Assembly: GCA_963845145.1 (NCBI GenBank)
Contig: CAWJQU010000005.1
Location: forward strand, 640,001 to 704,000
Direction of reading: 5' to 3'
DNA from: an uncultured delta proteobacterium
Lineage (GTDB): Bacteria > Desulfobacterota > Desulfobacteria > Desulfobacterales > QNYZ01
Length of the DNA stretch: 64,000 nt
How positions within the stretch are numbered: position 1 is the stretch's first letter; each line of letters opens with the position of its first letter. Shown here piece after piece: positions 63,489-64,000 of the stretch. The translations under genes and the position numbers were made by a program. Under the pieces are notes generated by a model that saw nothing but the letters and a program-made list of their open reading frames with translations, was not told the DNA's origin and did not search any database.

Positions 63489-63899
63489 TTGAAAAGAGAA
63501 TTAATCTACGAAGCTGTTAGAAAGTTCAACAGTTTAGGGCATGAATGCAATCTTGAAATCTCTGACAAACTTGGAATGTCCAAACTTCAATTAAATCAAC
63601 TGCACTATCTTAAGGTTATTGACAGAACCGTTGATATAACGTTCGGAAAATTTGCGGAGATTTTAAAGATCACAAAACCATCCGTTACTGAAATCGTTAA
63701 TAAACTGATTAAACTGGACTGTGTTGAAAAAAAACGCTGCCACACGGACAAACGTATATTTTATATCAAACTGACGGATAAAGGTCGCAATATCGCCCGG
63801 TTGCAATACCTTGCGGAACAAAGAGTTGTCGATATCATTTTCACTGTTTTTGACAATGAAGAAATCGACACGTTTATTAAATTAATAAAGAAATTATAA
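63489..63899 (+). CDS. MarR-family regulator
   Basis: KPSVTEIVNKL, DKRIFYIKLTDKG. Confidence 0.88.
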   Translation: MKRELIYEAVRKFNSLGHECNLEISDKLGMSKLQLNQLHYLKVIDRTVDITFGKFAEILKITKPSVTEIVNKLIKLDCVEKKRCHTDKRIFYIKLTDKGRNIARLQYLAEQRVVDIIFTVFDNEEIDTFIKLIKKL

Positions 63900-64000
63900 C
63901 GAATTGAAGCAATATGAGCATGATATTTGGAAAAAAGAAAAAAATTTCAACCCTGGACGACGTGCTCAATTCGAGTTGGCGGATTCTGCATACCGGTGCC

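Overview
A 64-kb bacterial window whose gene content (TRAP/TAXI transporters, tungsten-type AOR, DUF3786 proteins, CheD-HDOD) suggests a Desulfobacterales-like anaerobe; the taxonomy is an inference. The left ~36 kb is higher-GC and metabolic: an ECF sigma/zinc anti-sigma locus, cspA and an RRM protein, a GntR-ygeY-TRAP-PLP enzyme-ygeW operon, AOR+MoaD, a Liv-type ABC transporter, a pentapeptide/CMD/ECF module, TetR-hydrolase, and a GGT-TAXI-TRAP-class III aminotransferase-BKACE cluster. From ~36 to 49 kb lies an AT-rich run of co-oriented small genes with four toxin-antitoxin modules, separated by degenerate attC-like palindromes; it reads like an immobilised integron cassette array without an integrase. 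The right part holds a DUF3786/Fe-S-LuxR locus, TetR genes, curA, an intact IS with a 6-bp target duplication inserted between an RBS and a start codon, a radical SAM gene, lon and MarR. Several MITE/REP families occur throughout. About 16 frameshifts in otherwise intact genes most likely reflect long-read indel errors. No rRNA, tRNA or CRISPR array was seen.
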